A stretch of 64,000 bases of DNA from an uncultured Nitrososphaerota archaeon (GCA_963842885.1 CAWJIE010000002.1:192001-256000); one strand, 5' to 3'; positions 40,547-51,237 are shown, counted from the stretch's first letter. Notes: generated by a model from the sequence alone, not told the origin. A program made the numbers and translations.

Positions 40547-41521
40547 CTACGATACCCTGACCCTCGGGTCCACCATGCCGTAGACAAGATCCACGATAAG
40601 GTTCGCGAAGAGAACCATTATGGTGATCACTATGGTGATACCTTCAACGGTGGTGATGTCCAGCGAAAGAGCAGCCTGAGTGAAGGCATACCCTAGACCA
40701 GGCCAAGTGAACGCCGTCTCAAGTGCTGGGGCTCCGCCCAAAGCAGCGCCTATCGAGAGGCCCACCAGAGTGATGATTGGTGATATGGCGTTCTTCAGGG
40801 CATGGCGGTAGGTGATCGTCCTGTCGCTCAGGCCACTGGCGTAGGCCGCTAGGATGTAGTCCTGCCTCATCACTTCGAGCATGTTTCCTCTCAGCACCCT
40901 CACCCAGGTCGCTATTTCAACGTAGGTGAGGACAGCCATGGGGAGAATGAGATGCGCGATACTGTCCATGAACGGGCTCCCCCACCAGAGCCTCAGACCT
41001 CCTGCGGTCGCCCCGTAGGATGGGAGTATCGGGATGTAGAACGCGAAAACAACTATGAGCATAAGCCCGAGCCAGAAGGTGGGCATGGAGTACCCGAAGA
41101 TTGTCGCGCCCGTTATGACGTAGTCCGACTTGGTGTACTGATGCTTGGCCGAGTAGATGGCGACGGGGATTCCTATGGCCAGAGAAAGGAAAAGGGCTGA
41201 AAGCTGGAGGTAGAGCGTCGTCCAAGTCCATGCTCCTATCTCTAGAGCAACGGGCCTGTTCGTCGTCGTAGATACCCCTAGGTTAAAGTGAATAAGATTC
41301 CAGAGATAGTAGAGGTATCGCAGGGTGACGGGCTGGTCGAGGTGATAGTAGGCCGTGAGTTCCGCGATAAGGGCAGGGGAAGGCTTCCTCAGGCCATGAA
41401 GGACAAGGGCGATCGGGTTCCCTGCCGCGTTGCCGACAAAGTAGACCAGTATCGTCACTCCGATTAAAATCGGAATCATGAATAGAATCCGTCGAATCAC
41501 ATAATTGAGCAGACTACCCAC
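40547..41521 (-). CDS. oppB: Oligopeptide ABC transporter permease (OppB/DppB)
   Basis: YVIRRIL, SMPTFWLG, DYILAAYASG, HALKNA, DPRVR. Confidence 0.92.
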   Translation of the reverse strand: MGSLLNYVIRRILFMIPILIGVTILVYFVGNAAGNPIALVLHGLRKPSPALIAELTAYYHLDQPVTLRYLYYLWNLIHFNLGVSTTTNRPVALEIGAWTWTTLYLQLSALFLSLAIGIPVAIYSAKHQYTKSDYVITGATIFGYSMPTFWLGLMLIVVFAFYIPILPSYGATAGGLRLWWGSPFMDSIAHLILPMAVLTYVEIATWVRVLRGNMLEVMRQDYILAAYASGLSDRTITYRHALKNAISPIITLVGLSIGAALGGAPALETAFTWPGLGYAFTQAALSLDITTVEGITIVITIMVLFANLIVDLVYGMVDPRVRVS

Positions 41522-41619
41522 GTAATCTGACCTCGGAGTCCAGTCGGGCACGAAGGCCCTCTTATACCTTGCTCAACGCGTATCGATTCAACCGAGCGGA
41601 GACCCGAAGGCGTGAATCA

Positions 41620-42754
41620 TTAGACGGCGTGTCCGTCAGACAAGGAGAGAAGAGCGTCAGCCGCCGTGTCGGAGAGATTCCGCGCAAACGAGAAGTCAGG
41701 CCCGCGGCTGATTATGAGGAGCGGGTCGGCCATCTCTCTGTCGAAGACACGAAGGGAATCCATCTTTAGAGGGAGGGAGACGAGCCCCGTCCTATGATGA
41801 AGTGAGAAGGGGGACCTGTAGTCGCCCTGCGGCTTCATCGAGCTCCAATCCACGAGGATCTGGCCCTTTCTGGCCTCCTTGTTCTCTGTCTGAGAGGTCG
41901 TGAAGGGCTCATTGAGCGGGAGACTGGCATAGTCCCTCCGGACATCCTCGTCTCTCAGAGCTGCTTCAAGCCGCATCTCAACGGCCCTCACGATATGGCG
42001 GAGAGCACCGAAGTCGAGGGGTTCCGAATCGCGTCCGATTCTGCATACAACCTGGAAGCCTCGAGAACCGCTGAACTTCACCATTGGACTACACCCCGCT
42101 TCCTTTAGAATGCGGAAGGTGACGGCTGCGGCGTAACCAGCGTATGAAAGGCCATCGGGTCTGCCAGCCAGATCGTCGCCCAGGTCCAAGTCGATCAGGA
42201 AGATGTCGGGCCGGCCGTCAAAGCCATGGACACAAGGGACGAAGTCGACGCAGTGGTCGTACACCAGCCTCGTGACATCCGCTTCATCACGGACCGTGAG
42301 GTTCACGGGCTTGGGCTTGTACTTGGCGTAGCGGACGAAAATGGCCTCTACCTCCTTGATGGGGTCCTTCCTGCCGGAGAAGACCTTGACGGCCGAGAGT
42401 GGCCTGTCTACGAGGTAGGGGAGCATGGTGTCCACCACAGAGGGATAGTACCTCTCGGCGCAGTACACAAGGTAGTAGCTCCTGTTGAGCACCTCCTTGC
42501 TGGTCCTTGCCATGCCGCCAACGTAGGCGTCGATGGCCCTTCTCCTGTAGAAGCCTTTGCCGTCCTCGCGCTATGAGGCCCTCCTTCACGAGAGAGGAAA
42601 GGGCCTCCCGGTAGTCTCTTTCTGTGGGCTCCGCCTCGCTCAGGAAGGTCATGTCACGGGTCACCTTCTCCATGATGTGATCGAGGGCCACGGCCTTGCC
42701 CTCCTCCTTGATGCTCATCAGAAAGGCTATCCTGTCGTGGAGGCTCAGCGTCAC
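41620..42754 (-). CDS. Archaeo-eukaryotic primase-polymerase (LigD Pol-domain-like) with N-terminal wHTH-like domain, frameshift near 42570
   Basis: MLPYLVDRPL, motif I IDLD, motif II KFSGSRGFQV, motif III ILVDW, SPFSL; upstream frame YREALSSLVKEGLI. Confidence 0.8.
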
Positions 42755-42850
42755 ATGAACAGGGGAGCTGGCGTCGCTTCTCGTTGCTGCCACCGATGGG
42801 CGAGAGGGACGAGTCACGCTTTTAAGCGTCTCTGGTCCACCTCGTCGCAA

Positions 42851-43526
42851 ATGCGGGTGCGGGCGGCTCTCTTCGACCTGGACGGCACTCTGGTGGAGTT
42901 CAAGGTCGACTACAACCTGGGCAGGAGGATGATACTTCAGTACGCCAGGGACAGGGGATACGACATGGCGGGCCAGACGGACCAGAGGAACATGCACGAC
43001 ATCATCGAGCACTATGCCGTCATCGGAGACGAAAGCGCCCACGCCGATGTGAAGAAGTACGCGTACGACCTCATGGAGAAGCTGGAGGTGGAGGGTGCGG
43101 CCACGACGCGCCCATTCCCCGACACCATACCCTCACTGCAGGCGCTGAAGAGGGACGGCCTGAAGATGGGGATGGTGACCAACAGCGCCAGGAAGGCCGT
43201 GGAGATAGTCCTTCAACGCTATCCCCTCGGCCGGTACTTCGACGTCATAACCACGAGAGACGACGTAACGCGTGATCAAGCCTGACCCCGGGATCGTCCA
43301 GCACACCATAGAGGCCCTTGGCGTCAGCAGCGATGAGTGCTTCTTCGTCGGGGACGCGCCGGGGGACATGATGGCGGCCAAGTCTCTGCAGATGGTCTCC
43401 GTGGGCATCCCGCGGGGGTTCGCCTCGAAGGAGGCCCTCGTGGGTGCCAACCCCGACTACCTCATCCAGAGCCTGGATGCCCTCCCCGATTTGATATCAG
43501 ACTTAAAAGCCCACAAGAAGAGGTGA
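42851..43526 (+). CDS. HAD family hydrolase, frameshift near 43270
   Basis: FDLDGTL, VTNS, KPDP, FVGD...D. Confidence 0.88.
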
Positions 43527-43533
43527 ACGTTCT

Positions 43534-44281
43534 ATGAGCGGAAGCCTCGTCGGGAAGCTCTTCGTGGTCACCGGAGGGAGTGGCGACATCGGCGGCGAGA
43601 TAGCCCTGGCCGCCGCCGAAGAGGGCGCCAAGGTTATGGCTACCTACAACTCGGGGAGGGCGAAGGCCGTACGGCTGGAGGCCGCGGCCGTTTCGAAGAA
43701 GCTCCCCGTCGAAGTCGACAGGCTGGACGTGTCCGACGAAGGAGCCGTGAAGGCGTTCTTCGAATCGGACAGCCGCTCGGCTCGGCCCAATCGATGCCCT
43801 CATCAACACGGCCGGCCACTCGAGCAAGGAGACGTGGTTCGCCCCCATGGATGAGCTTGATTCGGAGAAATGGCTGGAGGTGATCAAGGTGGACCTGTTG
43901 GGGAGCTTCTTCTGCTGCCGCGAGGCCGCCAAGCACATGAAAGAGGGCTCTTCGATCGTCAACTTCTCTTCGGCGGCCGGAGTCACGGGTCACACTGAAG
44001 GGCTTCCGTACACAGCCGCCAAGGCGGCGCTCATAGGACTGACCAAGAGCCTCGCGGCCATCCTCGGGCCGGGGATACGCGTGAACGCCGTCGCCCCGGG
44101 CAACGTGGACGCAGGGAGCGTCGTGTGGTACGACGAGAAGGCGAGGGGTCAGATGGCTGCCGAAGCCTCGTTGAAGAGGCTGGGGACCAAGCGAGAGGTG
44201 GCCAATCTGGCCCTGTTCTTGGCCTCCGAGAAGTCGTCCTTCATCACGGGCCAGGTGGTGCTCGTTGACGGAGGGATATAG
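43534..44281 (+). CDS. SDR family oxidoreductase, frameshift near 43775
   Basis: VTGGSGDIG, NFSS, YTAAK, VNAVAPG, ITGQVVLVDGG. Confidence 0.9.
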
Positions 44282-44290
44282 CCCTCTCGC

Positions 44291-45058
44291 ATGTCGGACT
44301 CTGCCCGAAACTTAAATACATCTCAGCCGGATTTCCCTTCTGGAAGGGTCATCCTCTTGAGTAGCGGCAGCAAGCCCGTGTCGGTTAACGTCGATCGCCT
44401 GGGCGCGAGGGACAGCTTGAAGGGCTTCATGAACAGCCTGGTGGCGGAAGGCGTGGAGGCGAGGATGAAGGAGGGGGACGGCTTCCTCTACATAGAGAGC
44501 ACCTCCACCATCTATGGCCTGTCTGAGGAGGACCTGGCCAAGGTCGATTCGGGGAAGAGGAAGAAGATCGTCCCCGGGTTCGAGCCGAAGGCCTCCCTGT
44601 TCATCGAGGACGACTCGCTCCATTTCGATTATGGCCATGCGCTCCCTGGCTCGAAGACGTGCTCGGTGCTGCACGGGCACAGCAGCCGCATCTCGGCCGA
44701 GATCTTCGGGCAGGTGGGCCCGAGCGGCATGATCGTCGACTTCGGGGAGGCGAAGTCCGCCATCAAGGAGACCCTGGGGCTGGTGGACCACAAGTTCATC
44801 ATCGGCAGGAAGTACGTCGTGGAACGGTCCGCCAAGTCCGTCCACGTCAAGTTCGAAGGTCCCAACGGCGCCTTCGATCTGAGGATGCCGCCGTCTCAGG
44901 TGGTCGTGCTGGATGCGGAGGCGACGAGCGAGAACATCGCCAGGTTCGTGGCGGGGAAGCTCCTGGAGGCCCTCCCACACGGCGTGGACGCAGTGAAGCT
45001 CTTCTTCTTCGAGGGAGTCAACAAGGGAGCATCGTCCTTCAGAGTGATGGGCCATTGA
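44291..45058 (+). CDS. queD: 6-carboxytetrahydropterin synthase (QueD) with N-terminal extension, start uncertain
   Basis: FDYGH, CSVLHGH (Cx3HGH), MIVDFG, DHK, TSENIA. Confidence 0.82.
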   Translation: MSDSARNLNTSQPDFPSGRVILLSSGSKPVSVNVDRLGARDSLKGFMNSLVAEGVEARMKEGDGFLYIESTSTIYGLSEEDLAKVDSGKRKKIVPGFEPKASLFIEDDSLHFDYGHALPGSKTCSVLHGHSSRISAEIFGQVGPSGMIVDFGEAKSAIKETLGLVDHKFIIGRKYVVERSAKSVHVKFEGPNGAFDLRMPPSQVVVLDAEATSENIARFVAGKLLEALPHGVDAVKLFFFEGVNKGASSFRVMGH

Positions 45059-45713
45059 AGGCGGTGGTCCTCCTGTCCGGGGGGATCGATTCCGCGTCCG
45101 CCCTCTACTGGTGCAAGGAGAAGGGCTGGGACGTCTACGCGCTCACCTTCGACTACGAGCTCGAGCAGTCGCCCGAGCTCAAGGCGGCCAGGAAGGTGGC
45201 CAAGGGGGCCGGCGTCAAGCGCCACCTCGTCGGTGGAGTCCCCCTTCTACAAGGGGTTGAAGGGTTCTCCATCTTCTCACAGGGGGAAGATCATCGATTC
45301 CGACAGCGGAGTGTCTCAGGCGTATGTTCCGGCCAGGAACATAGTCTTCTTCGGAATGGCGGCCGCGTACGCGGAAACCCTGGGGGCGCGGAAGATCGTG
45401 AGCGGGCATAACCTCGGGGACGCCGAAAGGTTCCCCGACGCCTCGGAGGGGTTCATCGAAGAGTTCAACCAGCTTTTGCGGCTAGGGTTAAGAACCAGCC
45501 GCGGGCGAAGCAACATCGAGGTCGTCGCGCCATTCGCGAGAATCCTCCAAGACGCAGGTGCTTCGCGAGGCAGTGAGGCTGGGTGTGCCGTTAAAAGACA
45601 CCTGGAGCTGCTACAACAATGGAACGAAGCCATGCGGCGTCTGCTATGGATGCCGCGCGCGCAGGGAGGCTTTCGGCGATATCGGCGTCGAGGACCCGCA
45701 ATCGGTGAAATAG
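45055..45713 (+). CDS. queC: 7-cyano-7-deazaguanine synthase, 2 frameshifts
   Basis: TTG start, KAVVLLSGGIDS, YVPARN, FPD, TWSCY...PCGVCYGCRAR. Confidence 0.9.
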
Positions 45714-45716
45714 AAC

Positions 45717-46412
45717 ATGGAACTGAATCTCGAAGCTGACGTCCAAAGCGAGTATAGCCGTACGGATGTCCGTGCCGGCGTCACCGGGCTGAAGATGATG
45801 TTGAGGGTCGGAAGGTACGTCCTGCCGGCCGATTTCACGGTGACCACCCTGACTCACCATTCCAGGGGGGTCCACATGAGCCGCCTGGTCAGGGCGGCGC
45901 AGGATCACAGCGATTCGGCCCACGTAGAGGATGCCCTGAAGGGCATCGTCAGGCAGGCGAACTCCACGCAGAAGGGCGCGTCGGCCACCGTCCGATTCAA
46001 CTACCCATTCAAGGACATCTTCATACCGGTGGAGATAGGGCTGCAGAAGAACGTCTTCACCTACGTTTTGAAGTCGCCCGGGATAACCGCCTGCCCGTGC
46101 AGCAAGAAGATGGCCGGGGTGGGGCACATGCAGAGGGCTTGGCTGACTGTGGCGTTGAACTCTCGAACCTTCGTTGACATCGAGGAGCAGGCCGTCAAGA
46201 TGCTGTCCTGCTTCAGCGCGGAGACGACGGCCATGATGAAGAGGGCCGAGGAGGCCATGAAGGTCGTGGAAAGCCAGAAGAACCCCAGGTTCGTCGAGGA
46301 CGTAGTTCGTGACGCCGCCAGGAAGTTCCCCGAGGCGTTCTACGTCGAAGCAAGGAGCGAGGAATCAATTCACATGCACGATGCCGTCGCCGTCGTGGAC
46401 CGCCGAATCTGA
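45717..46412 (+). CDS. folE2: GTP cyclohydrolase FolE2/MptA family
   Basis: RGVHMSRL, TACPCS, HMQR, NPRFVEDVVR, SEESIHMHDA. Confidence 0.85.
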   Translation: MELNLEADVQSEYSRTDVRAGVTGLKMMLRVGRYVLPADFTVTTLTHHSRGVHMSRLVRAAQDHSDSAHVEDALKGIVRQANSTQKGASATVRFNYPFKDIFIPVEIGLQKNVFTYVLKSPGITACPCSKKMAGVGHMQRAWLTVALNSRTFVDIEEQAVKMLSCFSAETTAMMKRAEEAMKVVESQKNPRFVEDVVRDAARKFPEAFYVEARSEESIHMHDAVAVVDRRI

Positions 46413-46610
46413 ATCGCGGTCCTCTGTCGGGCGGGGTTTTCACGATGTGCGGCCGTCAGCGAGGAGTGGGCTCAGCCTAATGCCTTTAATGTCATCCTTG
46501 ATCCTTGTAACTCTGATGCATCACAGCCCGTCTCGGATTCACGCCGACGGGCTAAAAGACTTTTCAAGTTCACGAAGGGTTTAAACGACCTCGACTTACC
46601 TCATGGCCCG

Positions 46611-47171
46611 TTGGCCGTCGATTGGGTCGTCCTCGCCGATTGGGTCACGGTAGCCCTAGTGATATCCGTCGTGGTCGGCATCACCCATTCCTTGTTAGGG
46701 GTGGGCGTGGATGGTGACAGGCGAAGGCGGCAAAGGGCCGGTGAGCTCACGCAGCCCTCTACCGGCTACTTCATCCAGGTCACCGCCCAAGACGCGGACT
46801 CCTTGCTCCTCTACGGGGAGGAGATGCTGAAGCGGGGGAACCTTGACGATTGCGTCAAGACGGCCTATTCGGCCGCCGAGGAGCTCCTGCAGCTGGCCTC
46901 AGCCAAGATGAACGTCCCGACTGAGCATTCCACTCTGGCCGACTTCGGCAGGAGGCTCACTGACGCCGGCTTGTTGCAGCTGGAGATCGGCGAACTCGAG
47001 CTGCTGGACACGGTGATAAGATTTGCAGGGGAGCCCCTCAACCCGCCGACGGCCACGCGGGCCCTGGGCGCCGCGTTCTACCTCCGCAACTATTTCATGC
47101 ACGCCCCCGTAAGCCTGCCGAGCGACAAAAAGCCTATAGGCTCTGACGCCCCATCGAATCCTCTGGTTTGA
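46611..47171 (+). CDS. Membrane-anchored protein with HEPN-like helical domain
   Basis: N-terminal TM; GEEMLKRGNLDDCVKTAYSAAEELL pattern; no Rx4-6H. Confidence 0.55.
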   Translation: MAVDWVVLADWVTVALVISVVVGITHSLLGVGVDGDRRRRQRAGELTQPSTGYFIQVTAQDADSLLLYGEEMLKRGNLDDCVKTAYSAAEELLQLASAKMNVPTEHSTLADFGRRLTDAGLLQLEIGELELLDTVIRFAGEPLNPPTATRALGAAFYLRNYFMHAPVSLPSDKKPIGSDAPSNPLV

Positions 47172-47743
47172 AACGAGCGCACCCGTTCAAGAGCGGGATA
47201 AGGGTCTTGGGGTTAGCGGAGTCGTTCGTGCCTTCCAAGGACAGGGAGAGCCTGCTCGCCGGCGTCGTAATGCGCAAGGACCGGGTCATAGACGGCTTCG
47301 CGTTCACGAAGACGAAGGTGGGCGGAGACGATGCCACGAGGAAGATAATCTCCCTCTACGGCTCTCTTAGGAGGAACGACGTCAACGCCATCATGCTCTC
47401 GGGAGCCGTTATCTCCTTCTACAACGTCGTCGACCTTGATAGGGTGCACTCGGAGACGCGCCTCCCACTGGTGTGCCTGACCTACAGGGAGTCGACGGGC
47501 TTGGAGGACAGCATCAAGAGGCATTTCCCCAGGTCGTACAAGAGGAAGCTCGCCCGCTATGAAAGGCTCGGACAGAGGAGAGGCGTGGAGCTGAAGACCG
47601 GGAAGAGGGTCTTCGTCAGGGCTCTGGGCATCGACGAAGAAGACCTCAGGCACCTCCTGGATGCGTTCTCGCTCGAGGGGAAGTACCCCGAACCGGTCCG
47701 GGTCGCCGGGCTGCTGGCCGCGGCGATGCGCGCTATGGCTTGA
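47168..47743 (+). CDS. DUF99 family protein (endonuclease V-like)
   Basis: RVLGLAESF, GDDAT, FYNVVD, YPEPVRVA. Confidence 0.88.
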   Translation: MKRAHPFKSGIRVLGLAESFVPSKDRESLLAGVVMRKDRVIDGFAFTKTKVGGDDATRKIISLYGSLRRNDVNAIMLSGAVISFYNVVDLDRVHSETRLPLVCLTYRESTGLEDSIKRHFPRSYKRKLARYERLGQRRGVELKTGKRVFVRALGIDEEDLRHLLDAFSLEGKYPEPVRVAGLLAAAMRAMA

Positions 47744-48584
47744 ACCTGAGGTCCAGGACGACCTGGCTGACGCGGGGACCCACCTCTCTGACCACCTTCC
47801 CCATCTCCAGGCTCAGCTGGGGGTAGTCGCCCTTGAGCTCGTCCCAAGCTACTTCGTACGGCTTCGAATCCTCGGTGGCGACGTGGGCGTAATAGTGGAC
47901 CACGGCGTTGGACCTGCAGACTTTGACGGCGTATTGCAGGTATTCCCTGGCCCTCTCTGGGAGAGGCATGATGACCCTGTCGACTCCGGAAGACAACTTC
48001 TTCCACAGTTCCGCGCAGTCGCCGAGCAGGGGAGCCACCCGCCCCTGCACCTTGTTGAGTGCCACGTTGCCCACCATGTAGTCGTAGGCCTCCTTGTTGA
48101 TCTCGCAGCTGTAGACCACGACGTCCCTGTGCCTCTTCGCTATGACTATGGAGTAGGTCCCCACCCCTGCAAACATGTTGAAAACCTCCTCCTTTGCACC
48201 CACGAGCCCGGCGATCCGGGCCCTCTCGGTGGAAAGACGAGGGGAGAAGTACATCTTGGAGATGTCCACCATGAACCGGCACCCGAACTCGGTGTAGAGG
48301 GTCGTGGAGCGGGCCTCGCCTCCCAGGAACTCGAGCCTACGTATCCTGAAGTCACCGTCCACGGGGCCCACCTGGTTCCAGACGGCCTTGATGTTCTTGA
48401 CCTCCGAGAGGAGGGTGTTGGCTACGAGCTCCTTCCTCTCCTGGGGAAACGTCTCGGGAAGCTTGACCACGGCCAGGTCCCCTACGGCGTCGAAGCCGCC
48501 GGCTACCTGCTCTATTTCCTCTGGGAGGAGCTTACCTTCCAGGAGCTTCCGGAGCAGCTTTGTCAATGGCCGGGACTCGTCCAT
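47733..48584 (-). CDS. Trm5/Met10+ family class I SAM-dependent tRNA methyltransferase
   Basis: VGDLAVV, YFSPRLSTER, NMFAGVGTY, DRVIMPLP. Confidence 0.88.
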   Translation of the reverse strand: MDESRPLTKLLRKLLEGKLLPEEIEQVAGGFDAVGDLAVVKLPETFPQERKELVANTLLSEVKNIKAVWNQVGPVDGDFRIRRLEFLGGEARSTTLYTEFGCRFMVDISKMYFSPRLSTERARIAGLVGAKEEVFNMFAGVGTYSIVIAKRHRDVVVYSCEINKEAYDYMVGNVALNKVQGRVAPLLGDCAELWKKLSSGVDRVIMPLPERAREYLQYAVKVCRSNAVVHYYAHVATEDSKPYEVAWDELKGDYPQLSLEMGKVVREVGPRVSQVVLDLRFKP

Positions 48585-48673
48585 CCCGAAGTCTGGATTT
48601 CGCGGGTTAAAGGTTCTACCTTCGCCTGAGGTGACCGCGGTGGCGCGGAGACTGCCGAGCCGGATAGAGCTCC

Positions 48674-50491
48674 CTATTTCGACTCTTCCCTGGTGGGCTC
48701 CGCCTTGCGAGCCACATAGTAGTACTGGCCCTTGTCCTTCTGCTCCCTGTCCAGCCTGCTGTCGGGCTTGTTCACGCGTGGTCTCCCGGTGCTCGCGTCC
48801 CTCCGATAGGTGATGGAGATGTCGCTGAGGAAGAGGTTCATCCCCTTCTCCTTGGCCATCGGCGGGCTGGCATGGCCGCTGATGCCCGGCTCCCCCGTGA
48901 AGATGATGAGCGAGTCGGAGACTATGTCCACGAGCATGATGTCGTGGTCGATTATCACGGCCGACTTGTCCATGGACTTCACGTATCGCTGGACGGCCTT
49001 GGCCATGGCGATCCTGTCCTCGATGTCGGTGAATGCCGACGGTTCGTCCAGGGCGTAGATGTCGGCCTCCTTCAACAGCGCGACGACGACGGCCGTCTTC
49101 TGCAGCTCCCCGCCGCTGAGGCTGGAGACGGTCTTCTCCAGAAGCTTGTCCACCCTGAGGGGCTTGAGGAGCTGGGCCATGTTCTGGCCGCTGCTCCACC
49201 TGTCCCCGTTGGTGGCGTTGAGCAGGTCCTGGACGGTGCCCTCGAAGTCGCTGGTCAGGTACTGGGGCTTGTAGGCGATCTTGGCCTTGGAGAGGGCCTT
49301 TCCTTCGTCGGGTTCCAGCTGCGAAGCCAGGATCTTGAGGAAGGTCGTCTTGCCTAGGGCGTTGGCGCCGAGGACGCCGATCACCTCGCCCTGCTTGATG
49401 ATCCCGCCTTCAGCCTCGAGCGTGTATGGCGGATACGACTTCTTGAGACTGGTGTACTCCAGCAGCGAGGCATAGGTGACGTCGCCGGACGGCGGAGAGA
49501 AGACGTCGAACGTGACGGGGCTCTCCCTGAATCGCATGTTCTCCCCGGGTATCCTGCCGTCGAGGAGAGAGTTGATGCCTTCAGAAGTGGTCATGGGCCC
49601 GGAGACGATGCCGTAGACCCCGGGGTCTCCGTAGATGATGTGGACGAAATCGCAGGCGTAGTCGAGGAAGGTGAGGTCATGCTCGACGAGAAGGACGCTC
49701 TTCCCTCGGTTGGCCAGCCCCCGGACGACCTTGGACACCTGAAGGCGCTGGTAGACGTCGTTGAAGGAGCTGGGTTCGTCGAAGAAGTAGATATCGGCGT
49801 CCCTTTCGGCGGCCACGACGACGGCCAGCCTCTGCAGCTCTCCTCCGCTCAGCTCCTCGGGGAGCTTGCCGACGTCGTCGCTGAGGCTGAGCTGGGCCAG
49901 CAGCTCCCTCCCCCTTCCCGTCTCGTCGTACTGGTCGACGAGCTTCCCTATCGGCTCCTTCCAAGCCTTGGGTATCAGGTAGATGGCCTGCGGTTTCACC
50001 GAGGCCTTGATCAGCCCCTGTCTCAGCTTCTCGAAATGAGGCCTGAGCTCGGTCCCCTGGTACATTTCGAGGATGTCGTCCCAGGAGGGAGGGGCGTCCA
50101 GCCTTCCCAGGTTCGGCGTGAGGCTCCCCGAGAGGATGTTGATGCAGGTGGTCTTCCCCACGCCGTTCTTCCCCACCAGGCCGGTGACGCTTCCGGCCTT
50201 CGGCATGGGGAGGCGGTAGAGCCTGAAGGTGTTGAGGCCGTACTGGTGGACCTTGTTCTGGCCGATCTCCGTCGGGATGTTGACTATGTCGATGGCGTCG
50301 AAGGGGCATTTCTTGGTGCAGATGCCGCAGCCTATGCAGAGGACCTCGTCGATGACCGGATAGCCCTCAGGGTCGGTGAACTCAATCACCTTCTCGCCCA
50401 TGAGCTCCGGCGGGCAGAACTTCTGACACTCGTGCCCGCACTTCTTGAAATTGCAGGCATCTCTTTCCAATACGGCTATTCTATGCTGCAA
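48674..50491 (-). CDS. rli1: Ribosome recycling ATPase ABCE1/Rli1
   Basis: N-terminal Fe-S Cys motifs (CIGCGICTKKCP), two ABC domains with LSGGELQ, RPRVNK. Confidence 0.97.
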   Translation of the reverse strand: MQHRIAVLERDACNFKKCGHECQKFCPPELMGEKVIEFTDPEGYPVIDEVLCIGCGICTKKCPFDAIDIVNIPTEIGQNKVHQYGLNTFRLYRLPMPKAGSVTGLVGKNGVGKTTCINILSGSLTPNLGRLDAPPSWDDILEMYQGTELRPHFEKLRQGLIKASVKPQAIYLIPKAWKEPIGKLVDQYDETGRGRELLAQLSLSDDVGKLPEELSGGELQRLAVVVAAERDADIYFFDEPSSFNDVYQRLQVSKVVRGLANRGKSVLLVEHDLTFLDYACDFVHIIYGDPGVYGIVSGPMTTSEGINSLLDGRIPGENMRFRESPVTFDVFSPPSGDVTYASLLEYTSLKKSYPPYTLEAEGGIIKQGEVIGVLGANALGKTTFLKILASQLEPDEGKALSKAKIAYKPQYLTSDFEGTVQDLLNATNGDRWSSGQNMAQLLKPLRVDKLLEKTVSSLSGGELQKTAVVVALLKEADIYALDEPSAFTDIEDRIAMAKAVQRYVKSMDKSAVIIDHDIMLVDIVSDSLIIFTGEPGISGHASPPMAKEKGMNLFLSDISITYRRDASTGRPRVNKPDSRLDREQKDKGQYYYVARKAEPTREESK

Positions 50492-50692
50492 CGAAAATCA
50501 CCCAGGCTGGGGGACGTCATAAGACTGAATCGGATTGAGAGGACGAGACGGCGCCATTCAAGGCGTTTCGACGGTCTCCGAGTGGCGGTGGACGATATAA
50601 GGGTTTGTCGGCTTGCCCCGAGCTTCACCCACTAGGTCCTGCTGACGGTGCCGTTCGCGCGTGGGGCAAGACTTATCTCGTAATCAGTTCAC

Positions 50693-51136
50693 ATGTATGT
50701 CGGGTTGGTGAAGAAGGAGCCGTTCCACGGGACCAGTTTGACCGACCGCCAGTGGGAGGTCATACGCATGAGAGCTCAGGGGCTGACACAGGCCGAAGTG
50801 GCGAAGAGGCTCAAGACGACCAGGGAGAACATCTCGATAATCGAACACAGGGCACACGACAAGATCTCTGCAGCCAAGGCGACCCTGGCGGCACTGAAGG
50901 ACCTCGAGGTCACACGTGAAGTCCTCCTCCCCGGCGGCACGAGCGTCTTCGAAGCGATTTCGCTCATAGTGCTGAGGGCCGACATACTGGGGATCAAGTT
51001 GAACCTGTCGGCGGACTCCCTCCTCGCGTTGCTCAGGTCCAGGTGCAGGTCGAAGATCAGGGGGCACCACCTGGTGGCCGTCGTCAAGGCTGAGATAGCA
51101 GAAGACGGCGAGGTCTCCTTCAAGATAACCGTGTAG
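50693..51136 (+). CDS. tfx: Tfx family DNA-binding protein
   Basis: LTDRQWEVIRMRAQGLTQAEVAKRLKTTRENISIIEHRA. Confidence 0.9.
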   Translation: MYVGLVKKEPFHGTSLTDRQWEVIRMRAQGLTQAEVAKRLKTTRENISIIEHRAHDKISAAKATLAALKDLEVTREVLLPGGTSVFEAISLIVLRADILGIKLNLSADSLLALLRSRCRSKIRGHHLVAVVKAEIAEDGEVSFKITV

Positions 51137-51237
51137 CGCTCAGGGCCCTCCCTGGGCGGGGAGAGGACCATCCTTCATGTGCGCAGAGAAAGTCGCATGT
51201 AAGACTTAACTACCTTGACGGCCTCTCGAAGAATATA

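Noticed and set aside
44291-46412. dpd-type 7-deazaguanine DNA modification system
   Set aside because: No dpdA/TGT-like or dpdB-K genes in the window; archaeosine precursor synthesis is the simpler reading
50612-50670. 8-bp inverted repeat CTTGCCCC...GGGGCAAG upstream of tfx
   Set aside because: Short, GC-rich, 43-nt spacer, no recognisable C/D, H/ACA or riboswitch motifs
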